DNA of 64,000 nucleotides from Heterodontus francisci. Lineage: Eukaryota. Under the pieces are notes generated by a model, which was given only the letters and a program-made list of their open reading frames with translations, searched no databases and was not told the DNA's origin. Each line of letters begins with the position of its first letter. The stretch's first letter is position 1. The translations under genes and the position numbers were made by a program. The DNA is taken from positions 21,914,084 through 21,978,083 of the forward strand of contig NC_090407.1 in assembly GCF_036365525.1 (NCBI RefSeq), given 5' to 3'. Positions 1 to 12,474 of the stretch are shown piece by piece.

Positions 1-39
1 GCATATCCCCCCCCACTTTACCATTACCATCAAACCAGG

Positions 40-566
40 TGAAGGGGGACATTTAAACATTATAAGTTCCAAGCTGCTAAGAATCAGAAGATTAACTATA
101 GGACTGATAACTGCTGACATTAACAGCAATTAATCAAAATACTAGACAACTGTTGACCCCAAAGGAGACAGATGGGAAGAATGGGAACAAAAAGTAGACA
201 TGATTGCTTTGAGGGTCAGGCTCGCAAAAATAGATGAGGAAAACATGTTTTTGAGAAAGGCACCAAGTGGAACAACAGCCACTGCTATACCAGCAAAATA
301 TGGACAAACTGTCAAAAAGCTATATTAGTAATATGGGCGGAGCCCAAGTGTACATGCTTTAGCTGTGATTGGAGAAGTTTAAAGAAATGCATCACAATCA
401 ATGTAACATGAAGGATAAATATCACATGAATCTTTGTATCTGTGAAGAAGTCTCCTGGTTTGACCAGTAGAGATTGTCTCCCCACCAGTGTAAAAATAAA
501 GACTGCTTAGTGAATGAACCACAGACCTGAGGTGTCGAGTGATCATTTCAGTCATTCCACCTAACA
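40..566 (+). mobile_element. Solo LTR (ERV1- or Gypsy-like), 527 bp
   Basis: TG..CA termini (TGAAGG..CCTAACA); 4-bp TSD CAGG (36-39, 567-570) cleanly splits a LINE; AATAAA near 495. Confidence 0.75.
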
Positions 567-1860
567 CAGGGGACCAACGAATGAAGTTCAATGTTCAATG
601 AAGAGTGCGGGGGGAGGGGGGGGGGGGATGCCAGGAGCAGCACCAGACATACCTAAAAATGAGGTATCAGCCTGGTGAAGCTACAACACAGGACTACTTA
701 CATGCCAAACAGCTGAAGCAGCATGCAATAGGCAGGGCTAAACGATCCCATAACCAATGGATCAGATCTAAGCTCTGCAGACCTGCCACATCCAGTCGTG
801 AATGGTGGTGGACAATTAAACAACTGACAGGAGGAGCAGGCTCCACAAATATCCCCATCCTCAATGATGTCATAAAGTTATACTGTCCCAGAACATCACT
901 GCAGGAGTTCCTCAGGGTAGTGTCCTAGGCCCAACCATCTTCAGTTGCTTCATCAATGACCTTCCCTCCATCATAAGGTCAGAAGTGGAGATGTTCGCTG
1001 ATGATTGCACCATTCACAACTCCTCAGATACTGAAGCAGCCCATGTCCAGATGAAGCAAGATCTGGGCAACATCCAGACTTGGGCTGATAAGTGGCAAGT
1101 AACAGTCGCGCCACACAAGTGCCAGACTACAACCATCTCAAATAAGAGAAAATCTAACCCTCTCCCCTTGATGTTCAATGGCATTACCATCACTGAATCC
1201 CCCACGATCAACATCCTGGGGGTTACCATTGACCAAAAACTGATCTGGAATAGTCATATAAATACTGTGCAGGTATATAAATACAAGAGCAGGTCAGAGG
1301 CTGGGAATTCTGTGGCGAGTAACTCACCTCCTGACTCCCCAAACCCTGTCCACCAACTACAAGGCACAAATTAGGAGTGTGATGGAATACTCTCCTCATG
1401 GGTACAGCTCCAAAAACACTCAAGAAGTTCAACACCACCCAGGACAAAACAGCCTGCTTGACTGGCACCCCAACCACATTCACTCCCTTCAGCATCGATG
1501 CACAGTGGCAGCAGTGTGTACCATCTACAAGAAGCAACGCCGCAACTTACCATATCTCCTTCAATAGCACCTTCAAAACCTGTGACCTCTACCACCCAAA
1601 CGCATGGAAATACCACCACCTGCAAGTTCCCCTCCAAGTCACACACCATCCTGACTTGGAACTATATCGCCGTCCTTCTCTATCGCCAGGTCAAAACCCT
1701 GGAACTCCCTTCCTAATAGTACAGTTGGGGTACCTACACCCCAAGGACTGCAGCGGTTCAAGAAGGCAGCTCATCATCACCTTCTCGAGGGCAATCAGGG
1801 ATGGGTAATAAACGCTGGCCTATCCAGTGACACCCACATCCCATGAACGAATACAAAAAA
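567..1860 (+). mobile_element. Decayed APE-RT LINE of the jockey/CR1 group (family A), 3' part with internal deletion; also covers 1-39
   Basis: GVPQGSVLGP, MFADD and MEYSP motifs broken by frameshifts; 3' tail AATAAA..CACATCCCATGAACGAAT-A(n). Confidence 0.9.
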
Positions 1861-1998
1861 CACACGGTATGGAACAAGATCCCAGTAATTACACAGCATG
1901 GGAAAGAATCCCATTAATTACATAGCACGGGTCAGGATTCCAGTCATTATATTGAGCCTGGGTTGAGCTAAGGTTCCCCCCAGGACACTCTTTCATAC

Positions 1999-2123
1999 CT
2001 GTCCATCAGCACCAGATCGTCTCGCAGTAAAGCACACTTCATCTTGGGCCACATGACAGAGACGAGACTACCCGCGGTGAGTTGCTCATCCTGGTGAAGG
2101 GCGTGAGCCAAATGATTCACAGT
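1999..2123 (-). CDS. mfn2: mfn2 coding exon 4 (125 nt)
   Basis: [41 protein letters not shown]; tag| and |gtatga. Confidence 0.95.
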
Positions 2124-4435
2124 CTATAGGAGACACAAGAAACTCTAATGACAGTTGTTTAAATGAATTAATTCATACCATGGTAAAGGCCTCAGCCTGG
2201 GTTTCAGAGCCCAGCCCACATCCTCCCACTGTTCTGACCTCAATGGGACACTCAGCGCTTCCGCAGGGGCTACTGACAGTCAGCTGACCTGTTCCATGGT
2301 GTGTCTGAGCACTGCTTCAGCTAGTCAGAGACACACAAGACTGGCCCACGGAGCCCCCTGGCTTCACTAGACCACAGCTAAGGTCAAACACCCAGTAAGT
2401 TGGTGGAAGGGGAAGGGATTAGCAACTGTACCTGTTGCCTTCTGTGGCACCGCTCCCATCAGCCACCTTACCCGACAGAACGGGGCAGGGAATTAACCAC
2501 TGGGACGGCAACAGAGAAAGAGGACCTCAAGCAATTCTTTCATAGTCACATTCAAACAAATCTATAACAGTGTGTGACTGGAAACCCTGACTGCCTCCAG
2601 CATTCCCCCTGCCCATCATTTGATAAATCCCCGCTCCCAACGTTTCCCATTTCCCATTGTGACTAATGCACTCCAACCCCCAGATATTCACTCCAAACCC
2701 TAAGCCTGCTTTACACAACCAAGCTCAGTCCTCAGATCTTCTGCACTGATTTTCCTGTCTCAGAATGTCAATACCGTCTAACCTTGATGTTTCGTTTCTC
2801 CTCAGACTCGTCCGTGAGCAGATAGGCCTCGTTCCCGTCTGAGCCCTCCACACGTAGGAAACAGTTGGTGGTGTGGCCAATTCCCGAAGGCAGGACTTTG
2901 TCCCATAGCATAGCGTTGATCACACTGCTTTTTCCATTGCTTGTCCTGCAAACAAAATTAATTCAACCCATCACGAATTGGCAGAGTGGCTAATGTGCCC
3001 TGCAATGCCAGGGAGAGTGAGAACCATACCCACAGACTAACGGTAGTGGGAGCAGGTAATGCACCATAGAACCAGCATCAGCGAAAGCAGGTTCAAGGGC
3101 ATTGCAAACAAATCAACCCAGCATCGTGCAAATTCGAATCTCACCGGGAAGGTGCAAAACTCATGACCATAGCCTGCTGTCAAACATCATTCACTGAGAC
3201 ACCAACAGCAATCTGCAGGAGAAACCAAGGGCTTCACAAGGCCAGGACCGCCGGAGACCGGGGGGCAGCACAGGGCCGGGACCGCCGGAGACCGGGGGGC
3301 AGCACAGGGTCGGGGCCGCCGGAGACCGGGGACAGCACAGGGCCGGGACCGCCGGAGACCGGGGACAGCACCTGGGATGGAATTCGCACAGTCGCGTGCA
3401 GGATGTGACTTACCTGCCAAAAAAAGCCACCTTCATGTGACGCCGTGCCAGCACTTCACTGATTCCTCCAACCTTTGAGAGATAACCTGTCACCTCCAGC
3501 ACCTGCTCCTCTGTGGTGATTGGGTGCAGCTCTCCATTCTGGTATGTCTCTGTGGAATAGGGAAAGGAACAGAGATCAAGTTATGGCATCCTATTTATGG
3601 AATCCTGGAACGCAGCCCAGGTCCAACACGGTGCTCATGTTTGGAAATGAACAGGTGGATGTGCGTAAATGTACACAGCTCCGTAATTGGGGTCCCAGAG
3701 AGCTGCACAATGCCCAGTCACGGTGACATGGAAGTTTGATTCAGGATGTTCCATGTCATTTCAAGTAACAAAGCATTATTATTGGATGATTAATTTGATC
3801 AAAGGCAATCTACGCAAATGCAAGGTCCACCTTCCCCCTGTGCAAACCAGAGACCCTCGAGGCATCAGTTTGATTTCCTGTTCATGAGGAATAGGAACTG
3901 CACAAGAAACCATTTCACAAGGTGGAGACTAGGGCGGGTCAGGAAGAAGGTAAATTACAGCCGTGTTGGTGAAAAAAGTTGCAAGGCTGTGGGTGTCGAT
4001 TTGTATCTCTGATTCAGCAATCTGTCCAGTTTCTAAATGGTAAGTTTGATTACTGCATGATACTCATTACCCACTACCTTTCCATTTTCTGACTGAGTTG
4101 ATTATCCAAAATGCAGGGAGGAGCAGGAGTGTTACCATTCTGAGGTGATGGGGGTATGCAGCGGGTGAAGAAAAGCCCAAAGTGTAATCGCCATATCCCA
4201 GGACTGGTCAGCTATTCATGCGCACACTTCCTGCTTCGTCCAGCAAAGATCACTACCCACCTTTGAGGAATGCAGCGCTCTCCTTGATATAGGCTGTGAG
4301 CTGCTCAAAGATTCCATTGATTTTCTTCTTAGCCGTGACAAAGTGTTTGAGCGGAGAAGCGTTTACCTCAGCCATCAGACGCTTGTCTTTCTTACCAACT
4401 ACAACTGGGTGTGAGCGGAAGAACATCAGGGACAT
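1999..4435 (-). CDS. mfn2: Mitofusin-2, N-terminal part (4 coding exons; gene continues beyond the left edge)
   Basis: Exons 4261-4435, 3414-3549, 2783-2945 and 1999-2123 splice GT-AG in frame to [87 protein letters not shown], with GTPase G1/G2 motifs. Exon sizes 175/136/163/125 match MFN2; adjacent to plod1 as in other vertebrates. Confidence 0.97.
2783..2945 (-). CDS. mfn2: mfn2 coding exon 3 (163 nt)
   Basis: [29 protein letters not shown]..; canonical splice sites. Confidence 0.95.
3241..3372. repeat. GC-rich minisatellite, about 34 bp x 4
   Basis: GGCCGGGACCGCCGGAGACCGGGGG(G/A)CAGCACAG units. Confidence 0.9.
3414..3549 (-). CDS. mfn2: mfn2 coding exon 2 (136 nt)
   Basis: [29 protein letters not shown]; cag| and |gtaagt. 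Confidence 0.95.
4261..4435 (-). CDS. mfn2: mfn2 first coding exon (175 nt)
   Basis: tttcag|TGCC ATG at 4435; donor AAAG|gtgggt. Confidence 0.95.
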
Positions 4436-4669
4436 GGCACTGAAATAACGAGAGACACGTGAGATAGAAACACCAAGCTCCCCTGTCACATAGCACCCGG
4501 CTCCCCTGTCACAAACCTGTGGCCACTGAACCTCGCAAACTGGATCATCTCAAACAATGAGGAATATTGGCAATTCCAGGTAGAATTCATACTGGAACAT
4601 AAAGACATGACTGGCTATACTTAGCAGGGGAAGGGTGTTGGGGAGGACAGGCAACATCCAAAGAGGGAT

Positions 4670-5175
4670 CAGTATCCCAGCGAGGCCGGTGGGGGGGGGG
4701 GGCACTGTCCAGCGAAGCCAGGGGATTTTGGGGGGGGGGGCACTGTCCAGCGAAGCCGGGGGATTGGGGGGGGTGGGGGGCACTGTCCAGTGAAGCCGGG
4801 AGATTTGGGGGGGGGGGGGGGGGCACTGTCCAGCGAGGCCGGGGGATTGCGGAGGGGGGCACTGTCCAGCGAAGCCGGGGGATTGGGGGGGCACTGTCCA
4901 GAGAGGCCGGGGGATTGGGGGGGGGGGGCACTGTCCAGCGAGGCCAGGGGATTGGGGGGGGGGCACTGTCCAGCGAGGCAAGGGGATTGGGGGGGGCACT
5001 GTCCAGCGAGGCCGGGGGATTGGGGGGTGGGCACTGTCCAGCGAGGCCAGGGGATTGGGGGGGGGGGGGGGGGCACTGTCCAGCGAGGCCGGGGGATTGG
5101 GGGGTGGGCACTGTCCAGCGAGGCCGGAGAATTGGGGGGGTGGGGGGCACTCTCCAGCGAAGCAGGGGGGCCGGG
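4670..5175. repeat. G-rich minisatellite, about 13-14 units of 32-42 bp
   Basis: Core GCACTGTCCAGCGA(A/G)GCCGGGGGATT followed by a variable G run. Confidence 0.95.
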
Positions 5176-5199
5176 GCAGTGCCCGGGGAGGGGAAAGGC

Positions 5200-5620
5200 G
5201 ATTGGTAAACGGAGTCGGGTGGGGGAGAACGACTCCCGAGTCCACGGTCTGGCGCTGGACCTTGCAGCGCTTTAAACTGAGCCCGGGACCTCCGGTTTAA
5301 CTTCCACCGCGACTTGGCACCGGAGAGTCCGGGCTCAGACCCCGCTCCGGGCGGCGGAAGACAGTGACCTTGCGCCGAGGCTCGGACCTCCAGTCCGGTC
5401 ATGCACTTTACCCGATGTCGCCAGGGCCGGGCCTACACTTCAGCCGCTCTAAGCGGGATCGGGCCTACCCTTCAGCTGTTCTAGCGGGGGCAGGTCTTGC
5501 CTGATCCACTGCCGCGCTGCAGCCACCGCTGCTTCGCCAAACTACAAGGGCCGACGCGCGTCATCAACCCGCGCCAGATGCACGCTGCGTCATCAACCCG
5601 CGACTCGCATAGGTCTGTCA
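5200..5620 (-). promoter_or_regulatory. CpG island: probable mfn2 promoter and non-coding first exon
   Basis: CpG-dense stretch about 1 kb upstream of the ATG exon; candidate donor CGG|gtaaag at 5412/5411; duplicated GCGTCATCAACCCGCG (5558-5573, 5587-5602). Confidence 0.65.
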
Positions 5621-5899
5621 CAGGCGAATTGGAGATGGAGAGGGTAGAATGGGGAGAATAAGGGAGTTATAGTAAAAGAGGATTTTTTTATATTTTATGT
5701 TCTTTTCCCCTGGTAGGTTCTCACCTCCACTCCCTTAAGTCCAAGCGATGCAAACTTGAAAGGATATGGTGGACAACTGATTTAGTCATCCCCCGCCAGA
5801 TCTGGTTGGACCACATAAATCACTATTGGGTCCCATTCTTGGATGCTAAAACTGCTCCCTATTCCAGGATCATTCTGGAACACAAAGATAACCCCCATC

Positions 5900-7733
5900 T
5901 TCTTTCCTGCAAGTCATCTTTTAAAACCCCCTCTCCCCTATCTCCTCACCTCCAACTATAAATGCGAGGAGGTCATGGGCTTGTCACTAAGATCAAGACT
6001 ATCGGATCAGCTGCCTCTGCCGCATTCCTCTCTTCCACAAGCTCACCTGGTCCAAACTTTCAATAATGCTTCCCCTTGCCCTCGTCCTGAAATCGTATCT
6101 TTCTCTAGTCTTGCCCATGAGATCCACCTCCTTCCTGCTCCCTTGATCCTTTTCCCACTAAACTGCTGACTACTCAGCTTCCCCTCCTGGTTCTTACATT
6201 AGCTGATGTAGTAAACAGTTCTTTCTCTTCAGGTGTTCTCCCTTTTTAAATCTGCCATCATAGGAACATAGGAGCAGGAGTAGGCCATTCAGCCCATCGA
6301 GCTCGCTCCACTATTCAAGACAATCATGGCTGATCATCTCTCCTTTCCTCAAAAGAAAACCCTTGACCCCACTGTCCTTGCAAACTATCTTTCCTGGAAC
6401 TCTGTGTTTGAATCCCTCCAATCAGGTTTCTGCCCCTGTCACAGTACCGAAACAGCTCTTATCAAAGTCACAAATGATATCCTATGTGACTGTGATGTAG
6501 GTAAACTTCTCCTCCTCGTTCTTCTCGACCCATCTGCAGTCTTTGACACAGTTGATCAGACTATCCTCCTCCAATGCCTCTTAACTATTGTGCAGCTGGG
6601 TGGGACTGCTCTCACCTGGTTCCATCCTTATCTACCTAATCATAACCAGACAATCACTTGCAATGGCTTCTCTTCCTGCTCCCGCATGGTGTCTCCTATG
6701 GATCTATCCTTGGCCCCCTCCTATTTTTCATCGACATGCTTCCCCTTGGCAACATCATCCGAAAGCAAAGTATTAGTTTTCACATGTACGCTAATAACAC
6801 CCAGCTCTACCTCACCATCACCTCTCTTGACTCCTCCACTGTTGCTAAATTATCCGACTGCTTATCCGACAGCTAGCACTGGATGAACAGAAATTTCCTC
6901 CAATTAAATATTGGGATGACTGAAGCCATTGTTTTCGGTCCCTGCTCCAAACTCCAATCCCTAGCTACCAACTCCATCCCTCTCACTGGCAACATTCTAA
7001 GTTTAAGCCAGAGTATTCACAACTTTGGTGTCACATTTGAGCCCGAGAAGAACTTCCGACCTCATATTCATGTGATCACGAAGACCGCCTATTTCCACCT
7101 CCATGACATCGCCAGACTTCGCCCCGATCTTAGCTCAGCTGCTGCTGAAATCCTCATTCATGCCTTAATTACCTCTAACCCTGACTATTCCTGTGCACTC
7201 CTGGCTGGTCTCCCACTCTCCATAAACTTGAGGTCATCCAAAACACTGCTGCCCGTGTGTTAACTCGCACAAAGTCCCATTCCCCTAGCACCCCAGCGCT
7301 CGCTGATCTACATTGGCTCCCTGTGATGCAACATCTTGATTTTAAAATTTTCATCCTTGTTTTTCCTCCATGGCTTCACCCCTTCTTATTTTTGTAATCT
7401 CCTCCAGCCCCACAACCCTCCGAGATATCTGTGCTCCTCTAATTCTGGCCTCTTGTCCATCCCCAATTTTAATCGCACCACCAATGGTGGCCACATCTTC
7501 AGTTGCCTAGGCCCCAAGCTCTGGCATGCCCTCCCTACACGTCTCCAACTCTCTACCTCGCTTTCCTCCTTTAAGACTCTCCTTAAAACCTACCTCTTTG
7601 ACCCAGCTTTTGGACATCCGACCTAATAGCTCCTTATGTGACTTGGTGCCATACTTTGTTTTATAATTCTCCTGTGAAGCACCTTGGAATGTTTTTTATG
7701 TTAAAGACACTACATAAATATAAGTTGTTGTTG
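5900..7733 (+). mobile_element. Decayed L2-clade LINE, 5'-truncated
   Basis: QSGF..HSTETALIKVTNDIL, LLD..AVFDTVD, MYANNTQLY, FLQLNIG.TE; (GTT)n tail; short CR1 tail inserted at about 6260-6337. Confidence 0.9.
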
Positions 7734-10140
7734 GATGTGAGTGTCGCTGGCAAGGCCAGCATATATTGTTTGCCTCTAATTGCCCTTGAGAAAGTGGGGG
7801 TGAGCTGCCTTCTTGAACCGCTGCAGTCCACGTGGTGTAGGCAAACCCACAGCGCTGTTAGAGAGGCAGTTCCAGGATTTGGGCACAGCGACAGTGAAGG
7901 AACGGCAATATATTTCCCAGGATGGTGTGCGACTTGGAGGAGAACATGCAGGTGATGGTGCTGCCATGCGTCTGCTGCCCTTGTTCTTCTAGGTTAGGGG
8001 CGGGCTACCATTTTTCCCTGAAATGCTTTTATTTTAAATTGCCTAAAATTAAAAACTATTGGGAGTCACAGGATGAAAATTCTGCGTTTCAAAAACCAAC
8101 TCTCTGGTCAAGTTCATAATTTGCATATATAACAAATAGAATACATGTGCTAAATTTATGTATCAATAGAAAAATAAACAAAATTAAAAACAGACCTACC
8201 TCTGAATTATTGCATATTCTTATCATAATTTTGTCAGTAAAGTGATCTTTAAAACAAATTTTAACTTAGAATTAAGACAATATTTTTGTATATTGATTCT
8301 CATGATAACAAAAACCTTTAGCAGCACATTCAGCCATATTAGAAACAAAAGTCATAACCATAAAACCTGTTCCTTGAACAAAAGGCATTATCTATAACCA
8401 CGGTGTAAATATACCACTCGAACATGTTTATTTAGAGCACGATAATGTATTTCATTAAAATAATCATTTGAAACCGTAAAGTGCAGCAGAATGATTAGCC
8501 TTTTATCTACACAATAAAAACATGGCTCTTACTTTTCTTGACTTTTTTAAAGGCTTTTTTCATGTTAATATGATCCAACTGGAAAAGGTTGGGAGCTGCA
8601 AATATGTTAAACAGCTGCATGCAGCTCTGGAGCATCAGGTTGCAGACCTGTCGTCTAGTTGGTAGAGGTCCTGAGTTCAGAAGGTGCTGTTGAAGGACCC
8701 TTGGTGAGTTGCTGCAGTGCATCTTTTAGATGGTACACACTGCAGACACGTTGTGCCTATGGTGGGGTGCCAATCAAGTGGACGGCTTTGTCCTGGATGG
8801 AGTCGAGCTTTTTGAGTATTGTTAGAGCTGTACCCATCCAGGCAAGTGGAGAGTATTCCATTGTACTCCTTTCTTGTGCTTTGTCAATGGTGGAAAGGCT
8901 TTGGAGAGTCAGGAGGTGAATCACATGCTGCAGAATACCCAGCCTCTGACCTGCTCTTGTAGCCACAGTATTTATGTGGCTGGTCCAGCTAAGTTTCTGG
9001 CAATGGTGACCCCAGGATATTTGATGGTGGGGGATATGATGATCGTAATTCCATTGAATGTCGAGGTTGGGGTTAGATTCTCTTGTTATAGATGGCCATT
9101 GTGTGGCACTAATGTTACTTGCCACTTATCAGCCCAAGTCGGAATTTTGTCCAAACCTTACTGCACACGGCATGTAGTGCTTCATTATCTGGAGTTGCGA
9201 ATGGAACTGAACACTGTGCAGTCATCAGCGAATATCCTCACTTCTGATCTTATGATAGAAGGAAAGTAATTGATGAAGCAGCTGAAGATATTTGGGCCTA
9301 AGACACTACCCTGAGGAACTCCTGCAGTGATGTCCTGGAGCTGAGATGATTGACCCCCAACAACCACAACCATCTTCTTTTGTGCTAGGTATGGCTCCAG
9401 CCAGCGGAGAGTTTTGCCTCTAATTCCCATTAACTTAAATTTTACAAGACCTCATTGATGCCACACTTGGCCAAATGCTGCCTTGATGTCAAGGGCAGCT
9501 ACTCTCATCTTACCTCTGGACTTCAGCACTTTTATCCATGTTTTCTCCAAGGTCTGGAGTCAAGTGGTCCTGGTGGAACCCAAACTGAGCATCAGAGCAG
9601 ATTATTGGTAAGTAAGTGTCGCTTGATAGCACTGTCGACAACCCCTTCCATCACATTGATGATTGAGAGGAGGCTGATGGGGCAGTAATTGGCTGAATTG
9701 GATTTGTCCAGCTTTTTGTGGACAGAATATACCTGGGGAATTTTCCACTTTGTTGGGATGGCAGCTGTACTGGAACAGCTTGGCTAGAGGTGCAGCTAGT
9801 TCTGGAGCACAAGTTCTGCAGCACTACAATGGGATGTTGTCAGCGCCCATAGCCTTTGCCGCATCCAGTGCGCTCAGACATTTCTTGATTATCAGGTGGA
9901 GTGAATCAAATTGGCTGAAGATTGGCTTTTATGATGGTCAGGAAGAGGCCGAGATGGATCATCCACTCCACCCTTCTGGTTGAAGGTGGTTGCAAATGCT
10001 TCAGGCTTGTCTTTTGCACTCTTATGCTGGGTTCCGCCATCAATAAGGATGGGGAGCCTCCGCCACCTGTTAGTAGTGTAATTGTCCACCACCATTCAGG
10101 ACTGGATATGGCAGGATAGCAGAGCTTTGATCTGATTCGT
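7734..10140 (-). mobile_element. Family A LINE, decayed, interrupted at 7995-8652
   Basis: GVPQGSVLGP, IFADD and MEYSPLAWM fragments; same 3' tail as other copies. Confidence 0.9.
7995..8652. mobile_element. Probable hAT/Charlie-like DNA transposon remnant
   Basis: AT-rich insert splitting the LINE at a duplicated TCTAG site; begins TAGGGG and ends GCAGCTCTGGAGCATCAGGTTGCAGACCTG. Confidence 0.5.
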
Positions 10141-11620
10141 TGGCTTAGTGGCAGGAGGCAGAGATGATGGTTGAGGGTTGTTTTTGCGATTGGAAGCCTG
10201 TGACCAGTGGTGTACGTCAGGGATCGGTGCTGGGACCCCTGCTGTTTGCAGTGTACATTAATGATTTAGATATAGGTTGATATAGGAGGTATGATCAGTA
10301 AGCACGCAGATGACACGAAAATTGGTGGTGTTGCAAATAGTGAGGAGGAAAGCCTTAGATTACAGGATGATATAGATGGGCTAGTAAGATGGCCAGAGCA
10401 GTGGCAAATGGAATTTAATCCTGAGAAGTGTGAGGTGATGCATTTTGGGAGGACTAACAAGTCAAGGGAATATATAATGGATGTTAGGACCCTAGGAAGT
10501 ACAGAGGATCAGAGGGACCTTGGTGTATAGGCCTGCTCAGGTTGGAAAAAAGAACCTGACCTGAACCCAACCGAACCCGAGCCCGACCTGGCCCGAGTCC
10601 CTCCAATTTTGCACCGACCCCGACTCGACCCGAGCCGAGCCCGACCATCCATTTACTTACCTTCCAGACACCGACCCTGCAGGAAGTTGCAACGTTATAG
10701 TGATGTCACTCGTTCACGGCGCAGACCCAGTTTTGTCTCGGACTCTCAGCTCAGCTAAGTTTTTTTAATTTCAATATTTACAGCAGAGCACTTACCATGT
10801 GTGTCCGGCCCGACCCGACCCCACCCGACCCGGGCCCGAAAACCAAACCCGCAAGAGGGGCCCGAAAACCAAACCCGACACATGGCGTCAGGCCCCGTCA
10901 GGTTCTGGTCAGGTTGCAGGCCTTTACCTTGGTGTACTTGTCAATAGATCACTGAAGACAGCAGCACAGGTAGATAAGGTGGTTAGAAAGGCATATGGGA
11001 TACTTGCCTTTATTAGATGAGGCACAGAATATAAGAGCAGGGAGGTTGTAATGGAGCTGTATAAAACGCTAGTTAGGCCACAGCTGGAGTACTGTGTAAG
11101 GTTCTGATCACCACACTATAGGAAGGATGTGATTGCACTGGAGGGGGTGCAGAGGAGATTCACCAGGATGTTGCCTGGGCTGGAGCATTTCAGCTATGAA
11201 GAGAGACTGGATAGGCTAGGGTTGTTTTCCTTAGAGCAGAGAAGACTGAGGGGGGGATTGGATTGAGGTATACAAAATTATGAGGGGCATTGATAGGGTA
11301 GATAGGAAGAAATTTTTTCCATTTGCGGAGGTGTCAATAACCAGGGGGCATAGATTTAAGGTAAGGGGCAGGAGGTTTAGAGGGGATTTGAGGAAAAAAT
11401 TTTCACCCAGAGGATGGTTGGAATCTGGAACTCACTGCCTGAAGAGGCAGGAACCCTCACAAGATTTAAGAAGTATTTAGATGAGCACTTGAAACACCAT
11501 AGCATACCAAGCTACAGGCCAAGTGCTAGAAAATGGGATTAGAATAGATAGGCTTGATGGCCGGCACGGACACGGTGGGCCGAAGGGCCTGTTTATGTGC
11601 TGTATAACTCTATGACTCTA
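10141..11620 (+). mobile_element. CR1 LINE 3' part (HER1-like)
   Basis: ISKHADDTKIGG, WQMEFNPEKCEVMHFG, TRGHRFK; tail ATAACTCTATGACTCTA. Confidence 0.92.
10526..10926. mobile_element. hAT-type MITE, 401 bp
   Basis: TIR TA(T/A)AGGCCTGC; exact 8-bp TSD CCTTGGTG; subterminal (A)CCCGA repeats. Confidence 0.85.
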
Positions 11621-12470
11621 AGAACATAAGAAATAGGAGCAGGAGTGGGCCATTTGGCTCCCCGAGTCTGCTCCGCCATTTAATAAGATCACGGCTGATC
11701 CGCAACCTCAACTCCACTTTCCCACCCAATCTCCATATCCCTCAATTCACCTACAGTCCAAAAGTCTATCGATCTCAGCCCTTTGGGGTAGAGAATTCCA
11801 AAGATGCACGATCCTGAGTGAAGAAATTTCTCCTCATCTCAGTACAAAATGCCGTCCCCTTATCCAGAGGCTTTGTCCCTGGGCTCTCCAGCCAGGGCAA
11901 ACAATCTCTCAGCATTTACCCTTGTCAAGCCCTCTCAGAATCTTAGATGTTTCAATAAGATCACCTCTCATTCTTCTAAACTCCAGCGAGTGTAGGCCCA
12001 TTCTACGCAATCTCCCCTCTCATCCCAGGAATCAATATAGTGAACCTTTGTTGGTACCCCCCTCTAAGGCAAATATATTCTTCCTTAGGTATGGAGACCA
12101 AATCTTCCCACAATAATCCAGGTGTGGTCTCACCAAAGCCCTGTTCAAGTGCAGCAAGACTCTAACCCCCTTGCAATAAAAGCCAACATATCATTTGCCT
12201 TCCGAATTGCTTTCTGTACCTACATGTTAACTTTCTGTGTTTCTCGTAAAAGAACACCAACTCCCTCTGAACAGCAACATTTAATAGTTTCTCACCATTT
12301 AAAAATAATTCCGTTTACGAATGAAGGATATATCTGCTATAGAGCGAGTACAATGAAGGTTCACCAGACTGATCCCTGGGATGGTGGGATTGTCCTATGA
12401 GGAGAGATTGAGGAGACTGGGCGTATATTCTCTAGAGTTTAAAAGGATGAGAGGTGATCCCATTGAAGCA
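11621..12470 (-). mobile_element. CR1 3' end, tail-to-tail with the previous copy; distal part (about 12310-12470) inverted
   Basis: AGAACATAAGAAATAGGAGC tail; LSYEERLRRLG..RMRGD on the plus strand in the distal piece. Confidence 0.8.
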
Positions 12471-12474
12471 ACTC

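Noticed and set aside
379-591. 70-aa ORF with GQTRR resembling a GIY-YIG motif
   Set aside because: Lies antisense in the solo LTR; no other nuclease motifs.
4670-5175. Repeat array resembling CRISPR
   Set aside because: The spacers are just G runs, there are no cas genes, and the context is a vertebrate intron.
4550-5402. Several long Pro- or Gly-rich ORFs (up to 271 aa)
   Set aside because: Translations of the stop-free G/C minisatellite in many frames; no coding signature.
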